From: a bacterium
Lineage (GTDB): Bacteria > Patescibacteriota > Gracilibacteria > UM-FILTER-43-11
Reading direction: 5' to 3'
Assembly (NCBI GenBank): GCA_030427295.1
Contig: JAUHWS010000003.1
Coordinates: forward strand, 1 to 55,047
Length of the DNA stretch: 55,047 bases
Under the pieces are notes generated by a model, which saw only the letters and a list, made by a program, of their open reading frames with translations, did no database searches and was not told where the DNA came from. Positions 37,303 to 47,449 of this stretch are shown here, piece after piece. Made by a program: the position numbers and the translations under genes. Position 1 is the stretch's first letter, and the number at the start of each line of letters is the position of its first letter.

Positions 37303-38544
37303 CTACCCCACCGTCGACCCAATATAAAAGAAAGGCAGCATCACGGCCATCAAAATGGAGCCGACGAGGGCGGCGACGATGAAAATCATGATGGGTTCGA
37401 TGAGGGTGGAGATGTTGCGGAGGGAGTAGTCGATGCTCTTGCGATAATTAGCTTTGATCTTTTCGAACATCTGAGGAATTTTCCCGGTGGTCTCGCCAAT
37501 GTGCATCAGTTGAGCCACTTGCAGTGGGAAGAGCTTGTGTTTTTTGAATTTTTGTTCTCGGATGTCGATGAGCCCCATCAACTGACTGACTTCTTGCCCC
37601 ATCACGACGCCTTTTCTTAGGTCTTCAATCGCATGTTGGTAGTGTAGGTTACTCAAGGTTCGTTTGGTGATGGCAAAGGCCTCGGTAATGAGCACCCCAC
37701 TGCGCATGAGCATGGCCATGTTGGAAGCAATCATCATGAGGTTTTTTTCGCGGTTGATCCGGCCAATGATGGGGAGTGCCCCCACCATGGATTCTCCGAT
37801 CCAGCGACCGGGTTTGAATTCGGCGAAGAAGAGGTAGAGTAAAATACATCCTCCCACAATACTCAAAATGAGGATGGGCCATTTTGCCACGATGAAATCA
37901 CTAATGTTGATGACTCCCTGTGTTAAAGCTGGCAAACTGACTTGGGCTTGGTCGTACATCTCGGCAATCTTGGGGATGACAAAAATCATCATCCCGGCGA
38001 CGAGGCCGATCGCCAAGACAATCAGGATGATGGGGTAGACCATCGCCCCGGTGATCTTGCGATGAAAATCCTGACTCGCTTCCATTTCTTCTACGAGATC
38101 CGAAAGGACCTCTTTTAAATTCCCACTGGCTTCGGCGGCTTCGACCAAGGCGGATTGCATGGTGGGAAAAACATGGGGGAAGAATTCCATTGCTTCGGCC
38201 AAACTCAGCCCTGCATTGATGTCATGAATCATGTGGGCGTAGAGTTTTTTGACCGTCTTATTTCGCTCTTGGGCTTGAATAAGCGAAAGGGAGTCGATGA
38301 GCGGCACGCCCGACCCCACCAAAGTGGCGAGCTGGTCATAAAAACTGAGTCGTTGCTTGTGACTGAAGTGTAAGTGCCGGAGAGAAAACGGTAATTTGGC
38401 GTTCTTAATTCGCTCTCTTTTTTCAATTTTTTTCCGCGTTTGTTCATCGAGCATGTCGACCCCAGCCAAGGGTTTGCTGGCGGGATCCTGAGTGACAGGA
38501 GGGACGGGATTTTCCGGTGCTGTTTTTTTGGAAAATAAGTTCAT
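37303..38544 (-). CDS. pilC: Type IV pilus platform protein (T2SS F family)
   Basis: QLATLVGSGVP, E.SGNL, AMVYP, GE.TG, LIEPI. Confidence 0.93.
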   Translation of the reverse strand: MNLFSKKTAPENPVPPVTQDPASKPLAGVDMLDEQTRKKIEKRERIKNAKLPFSLRHLHFSHKQRLSFYDQLATLVGSGVPLIDSLSLIQAQERNKTVKKLYAHMIHDINAGLSLAEAMEFFPHVFPTMQSALVEAAEASGNLKEVLSDLVEEMEASQDFHRKITGAMVYPIILIVLAIGLVAGMMIFVIPKIAEMYDQAQVSLPALTQGVINISDFIVAKWPILILSIVGGCILLYLFFAEFKPGRWIGESMVGALPIIGRINREKNLMMIASNMAMLMRSGVLITEAFAITKRTLSNLHYQHAIEDLRKGVVMGQEVSQLMGLIDIREQKFKKHKLFPLQVAQLMHIGETTGKIPQMFEKIKANYRKSIDYSLRNISTLIEPIMIFIVAALVGSILMAVMLPFFYIGSTVG

Positions 38545-38547
38545 GGC

Positions 38548-39252
38548 TTAAGGATTCAATTCAACGACTTCTTCGATACCGGCAGGGTGAGTGAGGGTGA
38601 GAGAAGCGTCCCCTTGATAAATTTCACCGAGCTTGTAAAATGTTTTTTTGCCGTAAGGCGCTTCGATTTTGAGCTGTAGGTCTGTTCCCGAGCTGATCTG
38701 AACGGGAGCATGGCTTCCATCCCGATCAAGATTGAAATGGAGGAAGCGAATGCGGTTTGAGAACGCGCCATTGGATTGAAGTTGATATTGCCAACTGAGA
38801 GATTGGTCATCCATCATTGGCGCGCAGTAGGTCGTGTCAGTTTTGAAGGGGAGGAGCTCTAGATTCTGTCCTTTTTGATCTTGGAGGATCAAATTCACTT
38901 GTTGGTCCGTTTCAAAGCTGAGCGTCGTTTCATTTTCTTCGCAGCCTTCCAGGCCAAAGCCGAGATAACTCAGGGTGAGTGAATTGCTTGAAGGCCGGCT
39001 ATCGACGACGAGTAATTCGGGTTGAAAGTGAATCAGGTGGGATTCATATTCGCCGTTGATGGCTTCGAGTTCGAGTTGTTTTAGACGGTCTTGAATCACT
39101 TTGGCGGTTTCTTCGATTTGGATGCTTTCTTTGGCCCCTCCGAACCCCACCACCGCGGCGGTGGAAAGTAGGGCCAGAATGACCACCACAACCATGATTT
39201 CAACCAAGGTGAAACCTTTTTGGGACTGAGATTTAAAAGAATTGCATTTCAT
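38548..39252 (-). CDS. Prepilin-type minor pilin
   Basis: KG|FTLVEIMVV class III signal. Confidence 0.85.
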   Translation of the reverse strand: MKCNSFKSQSQKGFTLVEIMVVVVILALLSTAAVVGFGGAKESIQIEETAKVIQDRLKQLELEAINGEYESHLIHFQPELLVVDSRPSSNSLTLSYLGFGLEGCEENETTLSFETDQQVNLILQDQKGQNLELLPFKTDTTYCAPMMDDQSLSWQYQLQSNGAFSNRIRFLHFNLDRDGSHAPVQISSGTDLQLKIEAPYGKKTFYKLGEIYQGDASLTLTHPAGIEEVVELNP

Positions 39253-39264
39253 CGATAAAACAAA

Positions 39265-40557
39265 TTAGGCCATGGCACGGATTGCCTCTTCAATCGTGAT
39301 ATCTCCGGTGGCTGCTTTGTAGAGGGCGTCTTTGCGCAGCAGGATCATCCCCTCTTTGACAGCCTGGTCTTCAATGTCGGAATGTGAGGCGCCACTGATG
39401 ATCAACTCTTCGATGGCGGGTGACATTTCAAGGACTTCAAAGAGTCCAATTCGACCTTTGTAACCGGTATTTTTACAGACCTCACAACCCGTGGCTTTAT
39501 ACAAAAAAGCTTCCTTGGGATCCAAGGTCGACTCCTTCAAAAACAAATCATGATATTTTTGAGGAACGGGGTAGGCTTCTCGACAATTGTTGCAGATTTT
39601 GCGGACGAGCCTTTGAGAGATGATGAGTTTGACGGCGGCGGTGATCAAAAAGCGATCGATTTCCATATTGAGGAGACGCTGAATGGTACCGACAGCGGTG
39701 TTGGTGTGAAGGGTGGAGAAAACTAGGTGACCGGTTAGTGCAGACTCGATCGCGAGTGAGGCGGTTTTTTGGTCGCGAATCTCCCCCACCATGATGATGT
39801 CGGGATCTTGACGGACCAAGGTACGTAAGCCATCGGAGAAGTCGAAGTCGATCTCGGTATTGATTTGAGTTTGGGTGACGTGAGGAATTTTGTATTCGAT
39901 AGGGTCTTCGAGGGTTGAGATGTTGTAAGCTTGAGCGTCGAAGGTTGAAATCATGGAAAAAAGCGAGGTGGATTTCCCTGACCCTGTCGGACCCACAGCC
40001 AACACCATGCCATAGGTTGCAGTCAGATGCCGTTCAACCTTCATGAGGATGTTGGGCAACATTCCCAGGTCGCGCAATTCGACCATTTGAGGGTTCTTTT
40101 CCAACAAACGGATCACTACTTTTTCTCCAAATTGAGTGGGAAGCACGGAGACGCGCAGATCTACTTGTTTGCCATCGGTGGATTCAAAACTGGTTTTCCC
40201 GTCTTGTGGCAATCGGTGTTCATCAATCCGGAGTCCGGAAAGAATCTTGATGCGGGCGATGAGCGGGTTGTGGTAGTCTGCTTGGAGCGTTTGGTGTTCC
40301 ATCATGGCCCCATCGATGCGAAAAAAGATTTTGAACTGGTTTTCGCTGGGTTTGAAGTGGATGTCACTGGCCCGATGATTGATGGCGGCAGCAAAGACGT
40401 CATTGAGCATCGTTGGGATGCTTTCTTCGTCGAATTGGACGGGTTCAATGGGTGCTTGCGTCGCTTGCCCCCCTTTTTCAAGGATGGCGGTGCTGACACC
40501 TTTTTCGTCGTCTTGCCGTTGATTTTTTTCGTTTTTTAGAACGTCGAGTAGCGACAT
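39265..40557 (-). CDS. pilB: Type IV pilus assembly ATPase (PilB/GspE), lacking the long N-terminal domain
   Basis: ASDIH, RLPQDG, GPTGSGKS, EDPIEY, RQDPD, TGHLV, CxxC...CxxC. Confidence 0.93.
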   Translation of the reverse strand: MSLLDVLKNEKNQRQDDEKGVSTAILEKGGQATQAPIEPVQFDEESIPTMLNDVFAAAINHRASDIHFKPSENQFKIFFRIDGAMMEHQTLQADYHNPLIARIKILSGLRIDEHRLPQDGKTSFESTDGKQVDLRVSVLPTQFGEKVVIRLLEKNPQMVELRDLGMLPNILMKVERHLTATYGMVLAVGPTGSGKSTSLFSMISTFDAQAYNISTLEDPIEYKIPHVTQTQINTEIDFDFSDGLRTLVRQDPDIIMVGEIRDQKTASLAIESALTGHLVFSTLHTNTAVGTIQRLLNMEIDRFLITAAVKLIISQRLVRKICNNCREAYPVPQKYHDLFLKESTLDPKEAFLYKATGCEVCKNTGYKGRIGLFEVLEMSPAIEELIISGASHSDIEDQAVKEGMILLRKDALYKAATGDITIEEAIRAMA

Positions 40558-40661
40558 GAATTTTTGTTTTTGAGGCACATGAATATGATCTATTTATTTT
40601 AGCACAAATGGACTTTAAAATCAAGGCTTTATGGCTTATTTTTAAGGAGAATGAACAAAAT

Positions 40662-40689
40662 TTGACAAAATTAAAATTTTTGCTAAATT
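40662..40689 (+). promoter_or_regulatory. Sigma70-type promoter
   Basis: TTGACA-16-TAAATT with TG extension. Confidence 0.5.
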
Positions 40690-40713
40690 TATTATTACCC
40701 CAACTCTCCAAAG

Positions 40714-41289
40714 ATGACTGCAGAAAACCCTTGCCAGCGAAGTGGGTTAGAATCGCTCTGTGATACATTTGAGGCTGCTTTAATGGCTCATGGCTTTAGA
40801 GAAAGCTTGCAACCACTAATCGGAGGTACGGACAGAGTGTTACGGCGCGGTGGTGTAGAAATAGTTTGCCTGACATTCGATTTGGATGAGCCTCGAGTGG
40901 GCGTTTTAGACGACATTGGCCCATTTGATGATGAATGCCAAAGTGCCCCAATTGAAAGAGACCTACGCTTAGGCAATCGACTTGAAATAGGAGTATATGT
41001 TCCCATTGTTAGGCTCTTAAGACCTTTGCTGTCTAGGCAATTTGGTCCCTACTTTGCCAAATGTCGTTCTGAAAGGATAAAATATTTGCGACAAAAGGAG
41101 GATATTCTTATTTGGACTCGGCTAGATCTGAAAAGTGCTATTGATCGTGTGCTTTTTTTGGCGGAAAAGGGTCAAGCTATTTGGGAAAAAAGCCCGGTAA
41201 GCTTACGCTCAAAACCAAAGACTAAAAAACAATCTAAAAAAAATAGATTGATCAAGCCTAGAGTCAAAAAAATCAAACTAGCTAGCTAA
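40714..41289 (+). CDS. Hypothetical protein with a basic tail
   Basis: 191-aa ORF with its own promoter. Confidence 0.65.
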   Translation: MTAENPCQRSGLESLCDTFEAALMAHGFRESLQPLIGGTDRVLRRGGVEIVCLTFDLDEPRVGVLDDIGPFDDECQSAPIERDLRLGNRLEIGVYVPIVRLLRPLLSRQFGPYFAKCRSERIKYLRQKEDILIWTRLDLKSAIDRVLFLAEKGQAIWEKSPVSLRSKPKTKKQSKKNRLIKPRVKKIKLAS

Positions 41290-41433
41290 AAAACACTTTC
41301 CTTTCTCTTAATTACTAATTCATTTGGCGAATGGGAGTTCCAAATGCTGTTGCTTTCTGCGGCATTTAATTCAAGCAGTCCGGATTGCCTAAATGCTCGT
41401 TTTGGAGTAATTTAAGGCTGTGGAAAACTCCTC

Positions 41434-41859
41434 ATGAAAACAAAAATAAATAACATCGCTGGTTTTTCGTTGATTGAACTGCTCTTCGCCATTGTTTTTT
41501 TGTCCGTGGTGATTGTAGGTATCATGAAATTACAGACCAGCAATGTGATTTTAGGAAACACCCAGCAGAATCAATTGAAAGCTCACTTTTATGCCATTCA
41601 AGCCCTTGAAATAGTTGAGAGTCTGCCTTTTTCAGCCATCGACAACTGCGGTGACGTTTGTTATTTGACCGAAAATGGAGGAGGTTATGACCTGGGAAAT
41701 GCGGTCGAGCCCCTGGATGAAGGACTTTTTGAACGGCGTCTGGTCAAAAATCAAGAGGGATTGATGAGTAAATCGGCTTACGTGGTGACCGCCGAAGTGG
41801 CCTGGACGGACAGCAGTGGACCTCACGTGGTTTCAGCCAAGCGAGTGGTTTTTGACTAA
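41434..41859 (+). CDS. PilV-like minor pilin
   Basis: AG|FSLIELL; C-terminal V...V.W. Confidence 0.85.
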   Translation: MKTKINNIAGFSLIELLFAIVFLSVVIVGIMKLQTSNVILGNTQQNQLKAHFYAIQALEIVESLPFSAIDNCGDVCYLTENGGGYDLGNAVEPLDEGLFERRLVKNQEGLMSKSAYVVTAEVAWTDSSGPHVVSAKRVVFD

Positions 41860-41871
41860 CTGTTTTTTGTA

Positions 41872-42057
41872 AGGACTAAGGACTATGGACTAAGAACTAA
41901 GCGTTAAACTATTTGTGAGACAATTCGCAACCCATTCGTAAACTATTCGTAAACCATTCGTAAACTATTCGTAAACCATCCGTAAACTATTCGTAAACCA
42001 TCCGTAAACTATTCGTAAACCATCCGTAAAACAACTCGTCATTAGTAACTCGTCATT
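41872..42057 (+). repeat. GGACTAA heptamers plus about 11 units of an 11-bp tandem repeat
   Basis: Alternating AAACTATTCGT / AAACCATYCGT at 41906-42027. Confidence 0.9.
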
Positions 42058-42076
42058 AAAAATAGCTATCCGAAAC

Positions 42077-43828
42077 GTGCTCAAATCTAAAACAGAAAAA
42101 TCAAAGGGCTTCACCCTGGTTGAACTGATCGTTTCAGTGGCCATCACGGCTATTTTGATGGTGGGAATAAGCGTTTTTTTCTCAAGCAGCTTTCAAAATC
42201 TCCTGGCGGCCCAGCAAAAATTGGATAGGGCTCAGGGGGAGTTGGTGCTGTCGAGCATCCTGACCAAAAAATTCAACCGGGCGGATCAGCTTTTAGAAAT
42301 GGGAGATGATTTTGCGGTACTAAGAACAGACGCTTCCAAAGAAAATAAACCCTTTATGTATGTGGGCAAAAAAGAGGATCAGCTGGTTTTGAAGGATTTT
42401 CTTATTTTCAATGGCCGGGAGAGTGATGTTTCAACCTTTTCGGATGTGAACAACGTCGATCAACCCAGTGGAATCACGAAAATGGATGGACAGTATTTTG
42501 TGATCGCTCCGCTTGAAAATGTGATTTATCGTTGCAGCAGTCTGCCGGGAGACTGTGAATCTAAATTAGACACCACAACCTTGGATTTGCCAGTGGACAT
42601 CGCTACAGATGGCACCCGTTTGTACGTGACAGACGCTGGGAGTGGGCGGGTTCTATCTATCAACCCCGATCAACCCAATGAGGTGGATGAGGTGCTGAGT
42701 GGATTGAATTATCCCACTGGGATTGAATATTATGAAGCTGGCGAAAACGCATATTTATTTGTGTCCGAGAGTCGGAACCATCAGGTCAAACGCATCGATT
42801 TAAACACCAGTGAGGTCGAGGTGGTTGTGGGAGCCGGAAGTCAGGCAGCCTGCAATCACAGCGCCCTGCTTTGCCAACTCAATTTTCCGATGGGGTTGGC
42901 TGTGGGAGATGATGGAAATGGTGAGGGACTTTTTATTGCGGACACGGGAGGTGGTCGGGTACTCAAGATGTCAGACCCTATTTTTGAACCGAGTCAGCAA
43001 GACATTGGTTTCACCTTAAATGGAGCCACTCCAATTTCTCGGATTGACTTCATTTTTCCTCCGGAGGTGATGGTTGATACGGTGACTGAATCCCAGGGCA
43101 ACACCCTTCATAAAGGCAAATATGCGGAGAATGAATCGGTGTTGAGCTTTCTGCTCAAAAGCCAAGCTAAGAGCACGCACTTGAAGGAGGAGTGTGATGA
43201 AGAAGACAACTGCACCAGCTTCTTTGCAGGCTTTCATGTGGATGCCGAGCAGCACATTTTTGAAGTGGGAGATGACATTTTATTTGATGGCAAGGCCTTT
43301 AAAGTCAGCAATGTGAGCCTTCAGGCCGAGGGATGGCGCATTGAAGTGTTGCCGGACAATTTACAGTTTGAGCCTGATTTGGAAGAGCCCATCTCCATCA
43401 CAAATGCTTTCTCGGGAAATCACACCTTTTCATTTGATCTTTCTGGAATTGAGTGGCCTCCTGGTTATCATTCGATTTCGGCCAAGGTGTATGACGATGA
43501 AAATCAAATCGTCAATGATCCTCTGTTGGAAAAATATATTTTGCATGTGGGGAATGGTGAACTTGGGGGTTCAGAGGATTTGATTGAGGTGATTTCACAG
43601 GAACTTCCTTACCCGACAGACTTGAGTTTTTCGGGAAATAATTTGGAAATTTCGGACGCAGCGGAGTACACCACTGATTTTGCTGAGCCGGATTACCGGA
43701 GTGATTTTGAAGTGACAACCCTTGATTTCTCCACAAAGAATGAGGGACAACTGCTTGAAATGCGCCTGGTGAAAAATGAAGAAGGCGAATTGAAGGAATC
43801 TATTTTTAATGCCGCTTTAACTGACTAA
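42077..43828 (+). CDS. Prepilin-type protein with NHL-like beta-propeller repeats
   Basis: KG|FTLVELIV; repeats P.DIATDG..LYVTDAG..RV, PTGI, PMGLAV..LFIADTG..RV. Confidence 0.85.
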   Translation: MLKSKTEKSKGFTLVELIVSVAITAILMVGISVFFSSSFQNLLAAQQKLDRAQGELVLSSILTKKFNRADQLLEMGDDFAVLRTDASKENKPFMYVGKKEDQLVLKDFLIFNGRESDVSTFSDVNNVDQPSGITKMDGQYFVIAPLENVIYRCSSLPGDCESKLDTTTLDLPVDIATDGTRLYVTDAGSGRVLSINPDQPNEVDEVLSGLNYPTGIEYYEAGENAYLFVSESRNHQVKRIDLNTSEVEVVVGAGSQAACNHSALLCQLNFPMGLAVGDDGNGEGLFIADTGGGRVLKMSDPIFEPSQQDIGFTLNGATPISRIDFIFPPEVMVDTVTESQGNTLHKGKYAENESVLSFLLKSQAKSTHLKEECDEEDNCTSFFAGFHVDAEQHIFEVGDDILFDGKAFKVSNVSLQAEGWRIEVLPDNLQFEPDLEEPISITNAFSGNHTFSFDLSGIEWPPGYHSISAKVYDDENQIVNDPLLEKYILHVGNGELGGSEDLIEVISQELPYPTDLSFSGNNLEISDAAEYTTDFAEPDYRSDFEVTTLDFSTKNEGQLLEMRLVKNEEGELKESIFNAALTD

Positions 43829-44440
43829 ATGAGCCACAATCAATCAAAACCACGGGGGTCAATCTTGATTTGGACAGTGTTCATGAGTTTGCTGCTGGCG
43901 ACGGTTTTCTTTTTCGTGGCTCAGCGATTGAATTTGAATGCGGCCCTTCAGCGCAAAACCATTGAGCGTCAAAATGCCGAGCTGTTTTTGGAGAGCTATG
44001 CCGATCACATCACCTCGCTGAGTGCAGATGAGCTGACTGAAACCATCATCGATTTTGAGGGAATCACAGGGGCTTTGACCCATCAAGTGAATGAGATCAA
44101 GGGAGGCTTGGATGTGGGAGAAACCGTCGAATACAAGGTGAAGGATGGGGACGCTAAAGTTCTGTGGGGCCGTTGTGAGGCGGGGGAAATTGGCTATCTA
44201 TTTGAGGTGAATCCCAGTGAAACGCCCTCAAGTGGCAATTGTGGGATTTATGATGGGGTGGTGATCAGCAGTGGCCCCGTGATCAGCCTCACTTCGCCAG
44301 AAGTGCCTTTGCATTATAAAATCACCCCGCAAAATGCGGCTATACTTTATGATCGAGCCTGGCACTTGTCTTTAGAATATCCCATGAATGGACAACAAAC
44401 TTTGAAACTGGAGCGAGATTTCATTCCAGAAGGGGTGTAG
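43829..44440 (+). CDS. PilX-like minor pilin
   Basis: RG|SILIW hydrophobic N-terminus lacking Glu5. Confidence 0.7.
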   Translation: MSHNQSKPRGSILIWTVFMSLLLATVFFFVAQRLNLNAALQRKTIERQNAELFLESYADHITSLSADELTETIIDFEGITGALTHQVNEIKGGLDVGETVEYKVKDGDAKVLWGRCEAGEIGYLFEVNPSETPSSGNCGIYDGVVISSGPVISLTSPEVPLHYKITPQNAAILYDRAWHLSLEYPMNGQQTLKLERDFIPEGV

Positions 44441-44513
44441 TGGGAGGATTTTATTTCCGTTTGAAAAAGGATCAGGAAGTACGCTACAATGAGGGCGAAA
44501 ACTTAAAAAAAAG

Positions 44514-45014
44514 ATGATGAAAACCTTAAAAAATAAAATCAATTCTAAAAAAGGGTTCACCTTGGTCGAGCTGTTGGTGGTGATTGCCATCATTGCTATT
44601 TTGTCAGTCACGGCTTATGTGGCCTTGAGTGGGCAGACCGGGAAAGCAAGAGATTCTAGGCGGCAACAAGACCTATCTTCCATTCAAACGGCCGTGGAAC
44701 TTTATTTTGTGAACAATAACAGTGAGTATCCTAAAACCTTGGATGACTTGAAAGAAAATGAAATGAGAGAGATTCCAACCGATCCGTCGACGGGAGAGGT
44801 TTATATCTATGCGACTGAGGCGCCTTACAAAACCTATCAGCTGGGAGCCACGTTGGAGGGGGAAGAGGGTGATTACGAGGCGTATGTGATCGGAAACAGT
44901 GATACAAACTTGATCGAGGGAGTGGACACCTTGGTGGGGCAGTGTGGCGACGATCTTGACCCTGTGGAAGATGGCAGCAAGAATTGTGTGCCCATGAAAG
45001 TTTGGAACGATTAA
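44514..45014 (+). CDS. Type IV pilin (major pilin/GspG-like)
   Basis: KG|FTLVELLVVIAII, KARDSRR..DL, YP, PTDP. Confidence 0.92.
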   Translation: MMKTLKNKINSKKGFTLVELLVVIAIIAILSVTAYVALSGQTGKARDSRRQQDLSSIQTAVELYFVNNNSEYPKTLDDLKENEMREIPTDPSTGEVYIYATEAPYKTYQLGATLEGEEGDYEAYVIGNSDTNLIEGVDTLVGQCGDDLDPVEDGSKNCVPMKVWND

Positions 45015-45038
45015 TTTTAAAAAATAATTAAAAAAGGT

Positions 45039-45764
45039 ATGAAAAAATTTAGCTCTACTTTATTCTTGTCTTTGATTTTATTCCTCTCGGGCTGTGCTGG
45101 AGACAATGCAAATGAGGAACGAAATGACGGTGCCACCAATGATTCTGGACTTGAAATTCAAACAGAAACCAATCTGGATGATCCTTCTACTTCTAACGAC
45201 AACGTAACTATGACTGACTTTGATCAAACCGCTTTGCCTGAAAAAGGCGAAGACATTGTGGTGATGGAAACCAATAAGGGGACCATTAAGATTCGACTTT
45301 TCCCAGAGCAAGCGCCTAAAACCGTGGAGAATTTTGTGGGCTTAGCTGAAAAAGGTTATTACGATGGCCTCACATTTCACCGCGTGATTCCCAACTTCAT
45401 GATTCAAGGGGGTGACCCCGCCGGAAATGGAACCGGGGGTGAGAGCTTGTGGGGAGGAACCTTTGAGGATGAAATTTCGATGGATCTTAGCAATCTGCCT
45501 GGAGCCTTGGCCATGGCGAATTCTGGTAAAGACACCAATGGCTCACAATTTTTCATCAACCAAGTGGACAACAGTTATTTGAACGGTTATGAAAATGGTC
45601 AGCTGAAAGACTGCAGCTCTCGCATGGTTTCTTGTCATGCTGTTTTTGGGCAAGTGTTTGAGGGGATGGATGTGGTCGAAGCCATCACCGAAGCAGAAAC
45701 CGGTGCGAATGACAAACCCGTAGAGGATGTGGTGATGGAAACTGTGACTGTGGAAGCATATTGA
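45039..45764 (+). CDS. Cyclophilin-type peptidyl-prolyl isomerase, lipoprotein
   Basis: Lipobox LSGC; APKTVENF, FHRVIPNFMIQGGDP, NGSQFFI. Confidence 0.95.
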   Translation: MKKFSSTLFLSLILFLSGCAGDNANEERNDGATNDSGLEIQTETNLDDPSTSNDNVTMTDFDQTALPEKGEDIVVMETNKGTIKIRLFPEQAPKTVENFVGLAEKGYYDGLTFHRVIPNFMIQGGDPAGNGTGGESLWGGTFEDEISMDLSNLPGALAMANSGKDTNGSQFFINQVDNSYLNGYENGQLKDCSSRMVSCHAVFGQVFEGMDVVEAITEAETGANDKPVEDVVMETVTVEAY

Positions 45765-45793
45765 TCTCATTGATTTTCAAAAAACTTCATTTA

Positions 45794-45820
45794 AGACCGG
45801 AGCTTCTTCCGGTCTTTTTT
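45794..45820 (+). terminator. Intrinsic terminator
   Basis: AAGACCGGA-loop-TCCGGTCTT then T-run. Confidence 0.8.
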
Positions 45821-45899
45821 GTAGGTGAGCATGAATCCCTCCAAATTATTGAAAAGATTGTGTAGAATGGTGAAGTATGATGTAACCCTATCCATTGCT

Positions 45900-47369
45900 A
45901 TGAAAAAGATCCGCGTTCGTATTGCCCCCTCTCCGACGGGACTGCTGCATATTGGAACTGTCAGAGTGGCGCTTTATAATTACCTTTTTGCCAAACAGAA
46001 TGACGGGGATTTTGTGCTGCGGATTGAAGATACGGACAAAGTTCGAAGTACGAAAGAATATGAAGAGGACATCATCAGTGGCTTACAAAATTTAGGCATT
46101 GGAGGCAATGAAGGACCGCATGTGGGAGGTGATTATGGACCGTATCGTCAATCGGAACGGACGGAGATTTATGTGAAATATCTCAAGCAATTGCTGGAGG
46201 AGGATAAAGCCTACTTTTGTGCCTGTAGTAAGGAGCGCTTGGAGGAAATGCGAGAGGTTCAACGGGCGGCCAAAAAACCAACCCGTTATGATGGAAAATG
46301 CCGAGGGGCTGGGGAGAGCTCTGGCGTGGTTCGTTTAAAAATCCCAGAGGATCGGGGTGACATCACGTGGGAAGATCTGATTCGAGGAAAAACCACGATT
46401 CATGCCAAAGAATTGGATGATTTTGTCATCGCTCGTTCTGCGGAGGATCCTTTGTTTCATTTTACCGTCGCAACGGATGATCATGAAATGCAGATCAGTC
46501 ATGTGATTCGGGGAGAAGACCATGTGAGTAACACCCCGAAGCATATTTTGATTTTTGAGGCATTTGGATGGGAGCTGCCAAAATTTGGTCACTTGCCCCT
46601 CATTTTGAATGAAGACAAGACTAAAATGAGCAAACGCAAGAACAAGGTATCGGTGGATGACTATTTGGCGGAGGGATATTTGCCTGCAGCCATCCTGAAC
46701 TTTTTGGCGTTGTTGGGATGGAACACGGGAGATGAACAGGAAATTTTTAGCTTGGAGGAGCTGGTCGAGAAGTTTAGCTTGGAGCGGGTGCACAAATCTG
46801 GAGCCGTGTTTGATTTGAAAAAATTGGATTGGATCAATGGGGAGTACATCAAAAAAAATATTGCCCAGGACATCGACGGGTTTTATGAAATGGTGAAACT
46901 CTTCATCAAAGGGTCAGAGTTCGACACGCAAAGTGCGGAGGGTGAAGCCTTGATCAAAAAAATCCTGCAGGATCCTGATTTTGAAGGACGCTTTAAAAAG
47001 CTATCGGAGTTGGAAGAGGGATTGTCACCTCTTTTTGCTGAACTGCCGGATTACCCGTATGAATTGATCGCTCGGGAGAAGTTTAAAATCACCGCCGAGA
47101 TACTGAAAGAGGTACTTGAAAAAGCCATTGAAAAGGTGGAAGCGCTGGAGTGGGACAAGGGAGACGGCACCAAAAATCAAGATATTTCGGAGGCCTTTGT
47201 GAGTATTGTTGGAGAACTCAGCCTTAAAAATGGCCAAGTCCTCTGGCCCATTCGGGTCGCGCTGTCTGGATTAGAACGTTCGCCTAATTTTGCTACCCTG
47301 GCGGTGTATTTGGGGAAGGAGGAGGTATTGAAGCGTTTAGAGGTGGCTTTGGGAAAGATTGAAGGGTGA
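45900..47369 (+). CDS. gltX: Glutamate--tRNA ligase
   Basis: RIAPSPTG.LHIG, LRIEDTD, IRGEDH, KMSKR. Confidence 0.97.
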   Translation: MKKIRVRIAPSPTGLLHIGTVRVALYNYLFAKQNDGDFVLRIEDTDKVRSTKEYEEDIISGLQNLGIGGNEGPHVGGDYGPYRQSERTEIYVKYLKQLLEEDKAYFCACSKERLEEMREVQRAAKKPTRYDGKCRGAGESSGVVRLKIPEDRGDITWEDLIRGKTTIHAKELDDFVIARSAEDPLFHFTVATDDHEMQISHVIRGEDHVSNTPKHILIFEAFGWELPKFGHLPLILNEDKTKMSKRKNKVSVDDYLAEGYLPAAILNFLALLGWNTGDEQEIFSLEELVEKFSLERVHKSGAVFDLKKLDWINGEYIKKNIAQDIDGFYEMVKLFIKGSEFDTQSAEGEALIKKILQDPDFEGRFKKLSELEEGLSPLFAELPDYPYELIAREKFKITAEILKEVLEKAIEKVEALEWDKGDGTKNQDISEAFVSIVGELSLKNGQVLWPIRVALSGLERSPNFATLAVYLGKEEVLKRLEVALGKIEG

Positions 47370-47384
47370 TCATTTAATTTCTTA

Positions 47385-47446
47385 TGTCATCTTCGGACTT
47401 TTTCCGGAGAACTAGTTTAGACTCCTGGGACAAGTCCGAGAGTGAC
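47385..47446. repeat. Degenerate REP-like element
   Basis: TGTCAT...GACTC..CAAGTCC.AGAGTGACA. Confidence 0.6.
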
Positions 47447-47449
47447 ATT

